Shown here: piece after piece, positions 43,497-56,161 of the stretch
Layout: the number at the start of each line of letters is the position of its first letter
Numbering within the stretch: position 1 is the first letter of the stretch
Source of the DNA: an uncultured delta proteobacterium
Lineage (GTDB): Bacteria; Myxococcota_A; Polyangia; Polyangiales; Polyangiaceae
NCBI GenBank assembly: GCA_963782055.1
Contig: CAWAIF010000003.1
Span: 4,800,001-4,864,000, forward strand
Reading direction: 5' to 3'
Length of the DNA stretch: 64,000 nt
Made by a program: the position numbers and the translations under genes
The notes under the pieces: model-generated
What the model was told of the DNA's origin: nothing
Seen by the model: only the letters and a program-made list of their open reading frames with translations
Databases searched by the model: none

Positions 43497-44750
43497 TCAA
43501 AAGCCGGGCGTCGTCGCGACCGGCTTTGCCCCCCGCGGCGGCGCCGGCGCGGCGTGCGAGTGGCGGGAGGAGGCCGCGGGGCGGTGAGCCGTCACGCCCG
43601 CCTCTGCCACGGCGGAGGCGCTCGCCGGCGCGGCGGCGATTCGCGCGACGGCCGCGGTGGAGGCCGCCGCGGACGGCGCTGCGGGCGCGCTCGAGGTGGC
43701 GGGCGGGGTCCCCTCCGGCCCCCCGAGCGGCTCGGCCGCGGGCGAGGCGCGCCGGGCGGTGATCACCGCGGTGGCGGACGCGCCCAGCACGAAGGCCGCG
43801 ACGATGAGCCACGGGGTGCGGGAGGGTCGCGGCGGGGGCGAGGAGGGCGCGACCATGGGCCGGAGCTCGCCGCGCGTCTCGAGCTTGGGCAGCGGCGGCT
43901 TCGCCTCGCGCAGCAGCGCGGAGAGCTCCTCGTCGGTCTTGCCGACAGCCTGGGCGATCGCGGACGCGAAGGCGGCCGCGCCTGGGTGGCGGGCGTAGGC
44001 CTGCTTGGAGAGGGCGCGATCGATCTCCAGCCACAGCCGCGGGGGGATCCGCTCGTGGGGGTCCACCGTGGTCTCGAGCACCCTGGCGATGGCGCCGGCG
44101 GCGTCGGGGGCGGCGAAGGGCGACTCGCCGGTGAGGGTCTCGTAGAGGACCACGGCGCAGGAGAAGACGTCGCTGCGGCCGTCGAGGGTCTCGCCGCGCA
44201 CCTGCTCCGGCGACATGTAGCGCGCGGTGCCGAGCACGCGCCCGTCGATGGTCTTGACGGAAGAGACGGCGGCCTTCGCCACGCCGAAGTCGAGCAGCTT
44301 GGGCGTGACGCGACCATCGGGCTCGACCGCGAGCAGGACGTTGGCGGGCTTGACGTCGCGATGCACGACGCCGACCGCGTGCGCGTGCTCGAGCGCGACG
44401 AGGATGGGCGCGATGACGGCCACCGCCTCCGCGGGCTCGAGCGGCCCGCGCCGCAGCCGCTGCTCGACGGTCTCGCCGCGCAGGCGCTCCATCACCAGGG
44501 CGAGGGCGCCGTCCGGCTCCTCGAGCAGGTCGAAGACGCGCACGATGCTGCGATGGGAGAGCAGCGCGGACACGTGCGCCTCGTGGCGGAAGCGCAGGGC
44601 CACGTCCGGCTCGCCGGCGAGGCTCGGCTCGAGCAGCTTGACCGCGACGTCGGCCCCGGTGACCTCGTTGCGAGCGAGGTAGACGTCGCCCATGCCGCCG
44701 GAGGCGATCTTGGAGACGAGTCGGAGCTTGCCGCCGGACAGGGCCCGCAC
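43497..44750 (-). CDS. Membrane Ser/Thr protein kinase
   Basis: SGGMGDVY, HRDVKPAN, DFG and YMSPEQ motifs. Confidence 0.93.
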   Translation of the reverse strand: MRALSGGKLRLVSKIASGGMGDVYLARNEVTGADVAVKLLEPSLAGEPDVALRFRHEAHVSALLSHRSIVRVFDLLEEPDGALALVMERLRGETVEQRLRRGPLEPAEAVAVIAPILVALEHAHAVGVVHRDVKPANVLLAVEPDGRVTPKLLDFGVAKAAVSSVKTIDGRVLGTARYMSPEQVRGETLDGRSDVFSCAVVLYETLTGESPFAAPDAAGAIARVLETTVDPHERIPPRLWLEIDRALSKQAYARHPGAAAFASAIAQAVGKTDEELSALLREAKPPLPKLETRGELRPMVAPSSPPPRPSRTPWLIVAAFVLGASATAVITARRASPAAEPLGGPEGTPPATSSAPAAPSAAASTAAVARIAAAPASASAVAEAGVTAHRPAASSRHSHAAPAPPRGAKPVATTPGF

Positions 44751-44783
44751 GCCCGCAGTATCCCACGGCGGGCGCGGACGCGC

Positions 44784-46145
<1,362 letters not shown>

Positions 46146-46255
46146 GGTACTCCACCGGGTCTGACGGGACACCCCGGTCACGCAGCTTACCGGCGGTGGT
46201 CGCTCGGGGGACCGGGTGGCCGTCGTAGCTGCTCGACAAAGCACCACGTGGCGCG

Positions 46256-46271
46256 CGGCACGCGGCTTGCG
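46256..46271 (+). promoter_or_regulatory. Sigma54 promoter divergent from the EBP gene
   Basis: CGGCACGCGGCTTGCG; -12 C at 46270, ATG 14 nt later. Confidence 0.7.
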
Positions 46272-46283
46272 ACGGGCGTCGTC

Positions 46284-46862
46284 ATGCGCTCGCTCCACGC
46301 TCGTGGCCTCCTCGTCGGGGTCGCGCTCGTCCTCGTCGCCGCTTGCAGCGGCGACGGCGTCTCCTCAAAGGACCAGGCCAAGACGGCGTACCTCAGCCTG
46401 GACACTTCCATCGACCGGGCCATCAACCTTGGCTTCGCCGGGTTCAACGCGGCGCAGAGCGCCAACATCCCCACCCAGAGCGCCAGCGGCGACGCCTCCG
46501 GGACGATGAGCATCGACGGGCAGGTGGACCAGGGCGCCTCGGCGAACAAGACGATGCGCCTCAAGGAGACGCTCACCGGCTACTCCGACGACGGCAAGAT
46601 CGTCAACACGACGACGCAGCCGGCGGAGCTGGACATGGACCTCAAGGGCATCCCGAACGGGACGATGACCGGCACCCTCGCCGGCACCTACGCGATGGAG
46701 GGCGACCTGAAGGGGAACGTGACGCTCGACCTCACCCTCTCCAGCGCCCTGCAGCCGGATGCGCAGGACGCGAGCAAGGTGGTACGCAAGCCGGGAACCA
46801 CGCGGATCCAGGGCAAGGCGACCTCCGGGTCCGCCGTCTTCGACATCGACATCACGCGCTGA
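46284..46862 (+). CDS. Hypothetical lipoprotein
   Basis: Lipobox VAAC; Thr/Gly-rich beta-type sequence. Confidence 0.8.
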   Translation: MRSLHARGLLVGVALVLVAACSGDGVSSKDQAKTAYLSLDTSIDRAINLGFAGFNAAQSANIPTQSASGDASGTMSIDGQVDQGASANKTMRLKETLTGYSDDGKIVNTTTQPAELDMDLKGIPNGTMTGTLAGTYAMEGDLKGNVTLDLTLSSALQPDAQDASKVVRKPGTTRIQGKATSGSAVFDIDITR

Positions 46863-47415
46863 CCGCACACCACGGCGGGCGGGCACGTGCGCGGCGCACG
46901 CGCTCCTCCTCGCGGAGCACCCAGAACCCGCCTTCGGTGAGCCTGTCGAGTGTGGCCTCGTCGCCGAACCCGACGCGAATGCGCATGCACAGCGCCTCCA
47001 GGTGCCTGCGGGCGCGTACGCACGCGCGGGCGGCGGGCCAGCGGCGCTCTCCCGGCGCGAGCGCGCCATCGAGCGCGAGCCCCACGTGCCCGACGAGCAC
47101 CAGCCCGAAGAACGCGCGACGCACGCTGCGGCGGCCGTCGGGCGTGAGCGCGACGATGCAGTCGCGCCCATCGCGCCGCCGCTTGACGAGGCCAAGCTGC
47201 TCGAGGGATCGCATCATGCGGCTGATGGTGGAGCGGGCGACGCCGAGTCCGCGGCGAAGCTGGCTTTGCAGGGTGACGGTGCGCGTGCCGAGCCGGTAGA
47301 GCGCGTCGAGCAGATCGAAGCGCGCCGCCGTCAGGCCCACCGCCCGGAGCGCCCGCCGCGTCAGCCTGAGCGTGGCGTAGTACGCCCGCTTGATGGTGAA
47401 GAAGAGAGGGTCCAT
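46852..47415 (-). CDS. MarR-like winged-helix protein, copy B
   Basis: MDPLFFTIKRAYYATLRLTRRAL...LGVARSTISRMMRSLEQLGLV. Confidence 0.8.
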   Translation of the reverse strand: MDPLFFTIKRAYYATLRLTRRALRAVGLTAARFDLLDALYRLGTRTVTLQSQLRRGLGVARSTISRMMRSLEQLGLVKRRRDGRDCIVALTPDGRRSVRRAFFGLVLVGHVGLALDGALAPGERRWPAARACVRARRHLEALCMRIRVGFGDEATLDRLTEGGFWVLREEERVRRARARPPWCAVSA

Positions 47416-47427
47416 TCCCCAGCCCAA

Positions 47428-47443
47428 CGCACCCCCCATGCCA
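47428..47443 (-). promoter_or_regulatory. Sigma54-type promoter of MarR-like copy B
   Basis: TGGCATGGGGGGTGCG; the -12 C lies 14 nt before the ATG. Confidence 0.6.
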
Positions 47444-47468
47444 CCCCCCCCTCCCCAGAATTCCCGCG

Positions 47469-47506
47469 AAACGTCGCATTGCAAGCGCGCTAGCAATTGG
47501 ACGTTT
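47469..47506. repeat. Dispersed palindrome copy 6
   Basis: aaacgtcgcattgcaagcg|cgctagcaattggacgttt: 16 WC pairs, 3 mismatches. Confidence 0.8.
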
Positions 47507-47507
47507 G

Positions 47508-47612
47508 GTGTCCCCGGACAGGGAGGGGGGACAGAGGGGACAGGGGGGGACAGGGAGGCTGGGGGCGAGGAGAGAGGGTGTGGGGACAGGGGACACGGGC
47601 AACGGGGGGGCG
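47508..47612 (+). repeat. G-rich GGGACA repeat tract
   Basis: ggacagggaggggggacagaggggacagggggggacaggg...ggggacaggggac. Confidence 0.7.
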
Positions 47613-47728
47613 AACGGCCACGAGGCGGGGTTGGGTGGCAGGCAGGGTGACCACCTCTTCGGGGCGAGGGTCGGCTCGTCCTTCGACGAATCCCGGGTTT
47701 CGTGAGCGGACGGCGGCGGCTTGGGGCC

Positions 47729-47744
47729 TGGTGCGGCGCTTGCG
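47729..47744 (+). promoter_or_regulatory. Candidate sigma54 promoter
   Basis: TGGTGCGGCGCTTGCG; ATG 15 nt after the -12 C. Confidence 0.55.
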
Positions 47745-47757
47745 TGCATGGGGGGGG

Positions 47758-48588
47758 ATGCGTGCTTCTACCCTCTTCGCGCTGCTGGCGGCGGGCGTCG
47801 GTCTGGTCGTCGCCTGCGGCTCCGACGGCACCGGGCCGGGCTCGGACTACTGCTCGCAGAATCCTTGCGGCAACAACCGGCAGTGTGATCCAAGCCTGGG
47901 TTGCGTCGAGTGCACCGGCGACTCCCAATGTCCCGCGAGCGCGAAGTTCTGTGTGCAGGGGAGCTGTGGAGCGTGCCGTACGTCCTCCGACTGCGGCGCG
48001 GGCGCCCCGGCCTGCTGGCCCTCCGACCACCAGTGCCACGCCGCATGCACGTCCAACGGCGACTGCCCACCGCAGGCAAAGATCTGCGACGCGCAGACGG
48101 GCATCTGTGTGGGGTGCAACGTCAACGCCGACTGCACCGACGGGCCGCGCGTCATCTGCGATCCGCAATCGTCACAGTGCGTGCAGTGCACGCAGAGCTC
48201 GGATTGCCCCGCCTCGGCGCCGAAGTGCTTCGCCGCGCGGGGCGATTGCGTCCAGTGCTTCTCCAACGGCGACTGCAGCGGCACCACGCCCGTCTGCGAC
48301 ACGCAGGAGTTCCGCTGCCGGTCCGGCTGCACCGGCGACGGCGACTGCCCCACGTCCGCGCCCAAGTGCGACACCGGGCGCCAGCGCTGCGTGCAGTGCC
48401 TGTCCGCCGGCGACTGCTCCGGCAGCACGCCGCTCTGCAACACCCAGGGCCAGTGCACGCCATGCCTCGCCGACACCGACTGCGCCGCCCCGACGCCCTT
48501 CTGCCGCAACGCCGAATCGTGCGTGGAGTGCCGCACGCCCAACGACTGCGCACAAGGGATGAAGTGCCAGAACGGCACGTGTAACTGA
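47758..48588 (+). CDS. Cys-rich repeat lipoprotein
   Basis: Lipobox VVAC; CVQC....DC...P.C repeats. Confidence 0.88.
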   Translation: MRASTLFALLAAGVGLVVACGSDGTGPGSDYCSQNPCGNNRQCDPSLGCVECTGDSQCPASAKFCVQGSCGACRTSSDCGAGAPACWPSDHQCHAACTSNGDCPPQAKICDAQTGICVGCNVNADCTDGPRVICDPQSSQCVQCTQSSDCPASAPKCFAARGDCVQCFSNGDCSGTTPVCDTQEFRCRSGCTGDGDCPTSAPKCDTGRQRCVQCLSAGDCSGSTPLCNTQGQCTPCLADTDCAAPTPFCRNAESCVECRTPNDCAQGMKCQNGTCN

Positions 48589-48661
48589 CCCCCAGCCCTG
48601 GCAGGCGCCGGACCGCAGCGACCGGGCACGCCGGCAGCACCGCGGTGGTAAGGTCGCCGCC

Positions 48662-49615
48662 ATGGCGTGCCGCGGTGGCCCCCTCTCGGCGAGCACATGG
48701 ACACTCGTCGCGTGCCTGATCGCGCTGGCGCCGGGCGCGTCGGCGCAGACGCCGGAGCTGGACCGCGCCCGCGCCCTCTTCACCGCGGCGCTCCAGCAGC
48801 AGCAGGATGGCCACCCCGACCTCGCGCTCGGACAGTTTCGCCAGGTCGCCGCGGTACGGGATACTTCGCAGGTGGAGTACCGCATCGGGACGTGCCTGGA
48901 GTCACTCGGCAAGCGGCGCGACGCCGTCGTCGCCTACGACCGCGCCGCGCACCTCGGCCGCGGCGACCCGAAGGCAGCCGACGTGGTGGACGCCGCCAAC
49001 GCGCGCATCGCGGCGCTCGCGCGCAGCATGGGGACGCTGGAGGTGACGGTGCAGGGCGCCGCCGCCAACCGGGCGGAGCTCGCCGTCGACGGCGAAGCGC
49101 TGACGCCCGACCAGCGGCGCGCGCCGCTCTTGCTGGAGCCGGGCAACCACGACGTGAGGGTGACCGCACCCGGGACGCTCCCCGCGTCCGCGAGCGTCGC
49201 CGTCGTCGCCGGCGGCCGCGCGGGGGTGACGGTGGTGCTCGCGCCGGTCCCGCCGCCCCCGCCGGCGGCGACCTGGAACGCGCGGCGCCTGGGCGGCGTC
49301 GTCACGATGGGCGCGGGCGTCGTCGCGCTCGGGGGGATGGGCGTGGCGCTTTGGGTGAGGCACGATCGCATCGCGCAGGTGCAGACCGACTGCCCGGGCA
49401 ACGTGTGCCCGTCGTCGCTGCGCGGCGAGGTGGAGAGCGCGCGCAGCGACGCGCATGCCATGGAGCCCGTCGCGGCGATCCTGGGCGGGGTGGGCGCCGC
49501 CGCCCTGGCGCTGGGCATCGTGCTCGTCGCCTGGCCAAGCCACGGACGCGCGGCGGCCCCCTCCGCCTGGCTCACGCCGACCCCTGGGGGACTCGCCGCG
49601 GGAGGCACATTTTGA
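48662..49615 (+). CDS. TPR/PEGA-like protein
   Basis: ARALF, VDG...LEPGNH.V.V motif, C-terminal TMs ending GTF. Confidence 0.75.
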   Translation: MACRGGPLSASTWTLVACLIALAPGASAQTPELDRARALFTAALQQQQDGHPDLALGQFRQVAAVRDTSQVEYRIGTCLESLGKRRDAVVAYDRAAHLGRGDPKAADVVDAANARIAALARSMGTLEVTVQGAAANRAELAVDGEALTPDQRRAPLLLEPGNHDVRVTAPGTLPASASVAVVAGGRAGVTVVLAPVPPPPPAATWNARRLGGVVTMGAGVVALGGMGVALWVRHDRIAQVQTDCPGNVCPSSLRGEVESARSDAHAMEPVAAILGGVGAAALALGIVLVAWPSHGRAAAPSAWLTPTPGGLAAGGTF

Positions 49616-49944
49616 CCTCCCGCGCCCCCCTCGTCGCGTGCCTCGCCGCCTCCCTGACGCTCGCCCTCGCTGCGCTCGCCGCGTGCGAGGCCGTACCCGA
49701 CGTCGTCTACGTCGGCGACGACGCCGGCGACGCGGGGGGCGACTCCGCCACCATCCCCGACGGCGCCAACACCTGCCCCGGCCTGGTTCCGCCGTATGCC
49801 ACCGCGTGCTGCGGGGCGATCCCCTGCAGCGGGGCCAACTGCGCGGCCACGTGCGCGGATTGCGCCAGGTGCTCGCTGCTCGACCTGTGCTGCCCCAACG
49901 CGCAGAACCGCGCCGTCTGCCGGCCCTCGCTCCGCTGCAACTGA
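49612..49944 (+). CDS. Small Cys-rich lipoprotein
   Basis: TTG start overlapping the upstream TGA; lipobox LAAC; Cys-rich C-terminus. Confidence 0.65.
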   Translation: MTSRAPLVACLAASLTLALAALAACEAVPDVVYVGDDAGDAGGDSATIPDGANTCPGLVPPYATACCGAIPCSGANCAATCADCARCSLLDLCCPNAQNRAVCRPSLRCN

Positions 49945-49949
49945 GGGCC

Positions 49950-49985
49950 GAAACGTCGGATTGGGAGCATGCTAGCGGTCGGGTG
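49950..49985. repeat. Dispersed palindrome copy 7
   Basis: gaaacgtcggattgggAGCATGCTagcggtcgggtg. Confidence 0.75.
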
Positions 49986-50116
49986 AAGGCGGGACCCCGC
50001 CCGGATCGCGCGGGGGCGCCCGGCCCCGCCCGGCGCGCCGGCACCGGGGCGCCGACCAATCGCAGCCGATTCCACCGAGGGGAGACGGATGAGGCGTCGC
50101 GGGTTATAGAGTCGCC

Positions 50117-53008
50117 ATGCGTCGCACGCTCCTTCTGGCCCTCGCCGGCGCCTCCGCGCTGGTCATCCCTTCCGCTTCCTCCCTCGTCGGGTGCAGCAGC
50201 GACAACGGCACCCCGCCCGTCGCGCGACCGCTCGGAGACACGCCGGGCATCGACGAGCACGTCCAGCTCGACCACCTGGAGGGCCCGGTCGACGTGGTGC
50301 GCGATCAGTACGGCATGGTCCACATCTACGCGACGACGGTGGGCGACGCGCTGCGCGTGGAGGGCTACCAGGTCGGCCGCGACCGCACCGCCCAGCTCGA
50401 GCTCATCCGGCGCACCGCCGAGGGCCGCACCGCGGAGGTGTTCGGCGCCGTGAGCCCCGGACTCGTCGACGACGACATCAGCGCGCGCACCATCGGCCTC
50501 ACGCGCGTGGCCCAGAAGATGTACGACGCGCTCGACCCGGGCGGCGACGAGCGCAAGTGGCTGGACGCCTTCGCCGACGGCGTCTCGCAGTTCTACGCGC
50601 GCATCCAGTCCGGCGACGAGCAGCTCCCCCGCGCGATGGTGGGGCTCCCGCAGGCCATCTTCACGCCGTGGACGGGCGTCGATTCGCTCGCCGTCGCGCG
50701 CTACCAGTCGGAGGCTCTCTCCTTCGACGCCGGCTCCGACATCTCCCGGCAGAACTTCCTCGACGTGCTGCAGAGCGTCTTCGTCGGCACCTCGCCGGAC
50801 GCCGAGCTCGCACGTCGCGCCGGCCTGGAGCGCGACCTCTTGCGCTTCGCCCCGCTCGACCCAACGACCACGCTGCCCGGCTTCCCGAACGACACGTCCA
50901 TGACGCAGTCCTTCGTCCCGCCGAACAAGAAGGTCGCTCGCTCGCGCCTCCCGGAGAAGCTGCGGAGCGTCCACGTGCCGCAGGCGCTGATCGACACCAC
51001 GAGCGGCTGGCTCGCCGCGCAGAAGGAGACCGAGCACTACTTCGGCGACCTGCTCACGCGCGGCTCCAACGACTGGATCGTCAACGCCGACAAGACGGCG
51101 TCGGGCAAGTCGCTGCTCGCCAACGACCCGCACCTCTCCCTCTCCTCGCCCCCCGTCTTCTGGACGGTGCAGCTGGACGTGCACGCCCCGCCCGGCGGGG
51201 ATAGCTCCAAGGACATGGACATCGCCGGCATCGCCTTCCCGGGCATCCCCGGCATCATCCTCGGCATGAACGAGCACGTCGCCTGGGGCGCCACGACGAC
51301 GGGCTACGACGTGACCGACGTCTACAAGGAGCAGCTCACCTCCGACGGGCAGAACGTGATCTTCAACGGGCAGAACGTCCCCATCCAGAAGGTCCACGAG
51401 ACCATCCAGGTGCAGGGCGGCGCGCCCGTCGAGTACGACGTACTGGAGGTGCCGCACCACGGGCCGATCATCCCGGACATCGTCAACCACGCCGTCGTCC
51501 CGCCCGACCCGGCGAAGGGCGCCCTCTCCTACCGCTGGACAGGCCTGGAGGTGAGCGACGAGGTCAAGGCCGTCATCGGCTTCTCCTACGCGAAGAACGT
51601 GGAGGACGCGCGCACCGCCATCCGGTCGTTCGAGGTGGGCGCGCAGAACTGGGTGTTCGCCGACGACTCGGGCAACGTCTTTTACAGCTCGCAGTCGCGC
51701 ATCCCCAAGCGCGACAAGCGCGCGTACACCTGGGACCCGGTCACCTACAAGGGCACGCTGCCCATGTTCGTGCTTCCAGGCGACGGCACCGCCGAGTGGA
51801 CCGGCAACCTGGAGGAGGCCTACATCCCCCACGTCAAGAACCCGAGCTGGGGCTTCGTGGCGACGGCCAACGGCGACCCGGTGGGCGTCACGCTGGACAA
51901 CGACCCCTCCAACGACAAGCTCCCCAACGGCGATCCGGTCTACATCGGCGGCGACTTCGACCTGGGCTCCCGCGTCGGCGAGATCACCAGGCGCCTGAAG
52001 AACCTGGGGCACCCCGCGACGCCGGAGGACATGGCCAGCATCCAGGCGGACGTCCACTGCCCCTTCGGCGAGATGCTCGCGCCCAAGCTCATCGCCGCGA
52101 TCGACGCGGCGGAGGCGGAGAAGACGACGCCGGGGACGCACACCGACCTGACGGCGGTGGTGGCCGACCCGCGCTATGCCGCCGCCAACGTGGCGGAGCT
52201 GCGGCAGTGGCTCGACAGCTGGGGCAAGGACAGCGACTACGCGTCGGAGTCCGGCGTCAACCCCGACGACAACAAGCCGCTGCCCGGCGGCACGCCGGAG
52301 GTCACCGCCAGCCAGGCCACCCTCCTGTTCGACGCGTGGCTGGCGCGCATGGGCATGCTCACCTTCGACGACGAGATCGCGCAGATGCAGGGCCACGCCT
52401 CCTTCGAGGTTCCGCGCGCCCTGGCCTACATCTGGACGGCCAAGCCGGCCGACCTCGCCACCCTCGACCAGACGACGGGCGAGAGCTCCCTCTTCGACGA
52501 CATGACCACCACCAACGTCACCGAGACGAGCGAGCAGCTCGCCATCGAGTCGCTGCTCGACGCGGTGGACTTCCTGAAGTCCAAGCTGGGGCCGGACCGC
52601 ACCGAGTGGCGCTGGGGCACGCTCCACACCCTGCGCTTCGACTCGCTCGTCTCGCTCTGGAGCACCCTGTCGGTGCCGCCGGTGGGCGACGCCACCTTCC
52701 CGAACGGCTTCCCCCGCCACGGCGATCTGCACACCGTCGACGTGGGCAACTGGGGCTCGCACCCCGGCACCTACGACAGCCTGCACTTCGACTACGGCAG
52801 CGGCCCGACGCAGCGCTTCGTGGCGAGCATGGACCCCGCCGGGCCCATCGCGAAGAACGCGCAGCCCGGCGGCAACGTGTGGGACAACGCCAGCCCGCAC
52901 TTCGCCGACGAGGCCGAGCGCTGGCGGCGCAACCAGAACCGGCCCGTCTACATCATGAAGGCGGACGTCATCGCCAACGCCGAAGAGCGCATCGCTTACG
53001 ACAAGTGA
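50117..53008 (+). CDS. Penicillin acylase family Ntn-hydrolase lipoprotein
   Basis: RDQYG..HIYA, GSNDW (Ser nucleophile), LLANDPHL and WRWGTLH motifs. Confidence 0.93.
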   Translation: MRRTLLLALAGASALVIPSASSLVGCSSDNGTPPVARPLGDTPGIDEHVQLDHLEGPVDVVRDQYGMVHIYATTVGDALRVEGYQVGRDRTAQLELIRRTAEGRTAEVFGAVSPGLVDDDISARTIGLTRVAQKMYDALDPGGDERKWLDAFADGVSQFYARIQSGDEQLPRAMVGLPQAIFTPWTGVDSLAVARYQSEALSFDAGSDISRQNFLDVLQSVFVGTSPDAELARRAGLERDLLRFAPLDPTTTLPGFPNDTSMTQSFVPPNKKVARSRLPEKLRSVHVPQALIDTTSGWLAAQKETEHYFGDLLTRGSNDWIVNADKTASGKSLLANDPHLSLSSPPVFWTVQLDVHAPPGGDSSKDMDIAGIAFPGIPGIILGMNEHVAWGATTTGYDVTDVYKEQLTSDGQNVIFNGQNVPIQKVHETIQVQGGAPVEYDVLEVPHHGPIIPDIVNHAVVPPDPAKGALSYRWTGLEVSDEVKAVIGFSYAKNVEDARTAIRSFEVGAQNWVFADDSGNVFYSSQSRIPKRDKRAYTWDPVTYKGTLPMFVLPGDGTAEWTGNLEEAYIPHVKNPSWGFVATANGDPVGVTLDNDPSNDKLPNGDPVYIGGDFDLGSRVGEITRRLKNLGHPATPEDMASIQADVHCPFGEMLAPKLIAAIDAAEAEKTTPGTHTDLTAVVADPRYAAANVAELRQWLDSWGKDSDYASESGVNPDDNKPLPGGTPEVTASQATLLFDAWLARMGMLTFDDEIAQMQGHASFEVPRALAYIWTAKPADLATLDQTTGESSLFDDMTTTNVTETSEQLAIESLLDAVDFLKSKLGPDRTEWRWGTLHTLRFDSLVSLWSTLSVPPVGDATFPNGFPRHGDLHTVDVGNWGSHPGTYDSLHFDYGSGPTQRFVASMDPAGPIAKNAQPGGNVWDNASPHFADEAERWRRNQNRPVYIMKADVIANAEERIAYDK

Positions 53009-53045
53009 GCGGAGCGGCCACCCAGCGGCGCTATGATGCGGGCCG

Positions 53046-55148
<2,103 letters not shown>

Positions 55149-55155
55149 GGGCCCT

Positions 55156-55617
55156 TCAGGCCGCCGGCGCGTGACGCGCCGCGACCCCCAGCGTCGCGGC
55201 CTGCTCCACCCACGCGCCCGCCGCCATCGCCAGCACGAAGAGGAGCGACGCGGGGTGGCCGTTGCCCAGGTCGACGATCCCCGGGCCGGGGCACACGCCC
55301 GCCAGGCCCCACCCCACGCCGAAGATCGCCGCGCCGCTCAGCAGTCGCGGGTCGATGCCCTGGCGCGTGGGCAGGTGGAAGCGACCGTCGAAGAGCGGGG
55401 CGGTGCGCGCGCGCAGGAGGGCGCGGCTGGTGACGCCGCACGCCGCGATGGCGCCCACCATCACCAGGGCGAGGCTGGGGTCCCAGTCGCCGGTGACGTC
55501 GAGGAAGCCGATGACCTTCGCCGGGCTGGTCATCCCCGCGACGACCAGCCCGACGCCGAAGAGCAGGCCCGCGACGAGCGCCGCCACACGCGGGAGCACC
55601 CCGCCTCGCGTCTTCAT
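55156..55617 (-). CDS. YeeE/YedE family sulfur-transport half protein
   Basis: GMT.P.KV.GFLD...WDPSL and GWGLAGVCPGP motifs. Confidence 0.9.
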   Translation of the reverse strand: MKTRGGVLPRVAALVAGLLFGVGLVVAGMTSPAKVIGFLDVTGDWDPSLALVMVGAIAACGVTSRALLRARTAPLFDGRFHLPTRQGIDPRLLSGAAIFGVGWGLAGVCPGPGIVDLGNGHPASLLFVLAMAAGAWVEQAATLGVAARHAPAA

Positions 55618-56036
55618 GCGCCGCCCCAGAGATGACGGGTGAGGTACACGGTGAGAAATCCGGTCGCCATGAAGGTGCAGGTGGCGACGATGGACCGGGT
55701 CGACAGCCGGCTGATCCCGCAGACGCCGTGGCCGCTCGTGCAACCGGCGCCGCGACGCATCCCGAAGCCGACGAGCAGCCCGCCGGCCGCGACGAGGGGC
55801 AGCCGCACGCCCGCGCCGGCGAAGTGCGCGGGCCACGCCCCCGCCAGCAGCACGCCCGCGAGCAGCAGTCCCGCCAGGAAGTACGCGCGCACCGGCCGCC
55901 CGGCGTCGGCCCGCCACAGGTCACCGAACATGCCGCCGATGCCGGCGATGCGGCCGTGCGTGTACAGGAGCAGCCCGGCGGAGAGCCCCAGCATCGCCCC
56001 GCCGAGCAGGGCGGAGACCGGCGTGAAGTGCTGCAT
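55614..56036 (-). CDS. YeeE/YedE family sulfur-transport half protein
   Basis: GRIAGI and GCTSGHGVCGISR motifs. Confidence 0.9.
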   Translation of the reverse strand: MQHFTPVSALLGGAMLGLSAGLLLYTHGRIAGIGGMFGDLWRADAGRPVRAYFLAGLLLAGVLLAGAWPAHFAGAGVRLPLVAAGGLLVGFGMRRGAGCTSGHGVCGISRLSTRSIVATCTFMATGFLTVYLTRHLWGGA

Positions 56037-56161
56037 GACGCGTATCTTGTATATTGGATATTCGTCCGTCAAGACGAAATCCTCTCCCGGCGTCGGCACC
56101 CGGCCAGGATGTCCGGCGGCCCCGGGCGGGGCCTGCTCGCGAAGCCCGCAGGCCGGCGGGT

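Noticed and set aside
47750..47757. G8 run as a target of the C8-loop RNA
   Set aside because: Mostly upstream of the predicted sigma54 start site, so probably not in the mRNA.
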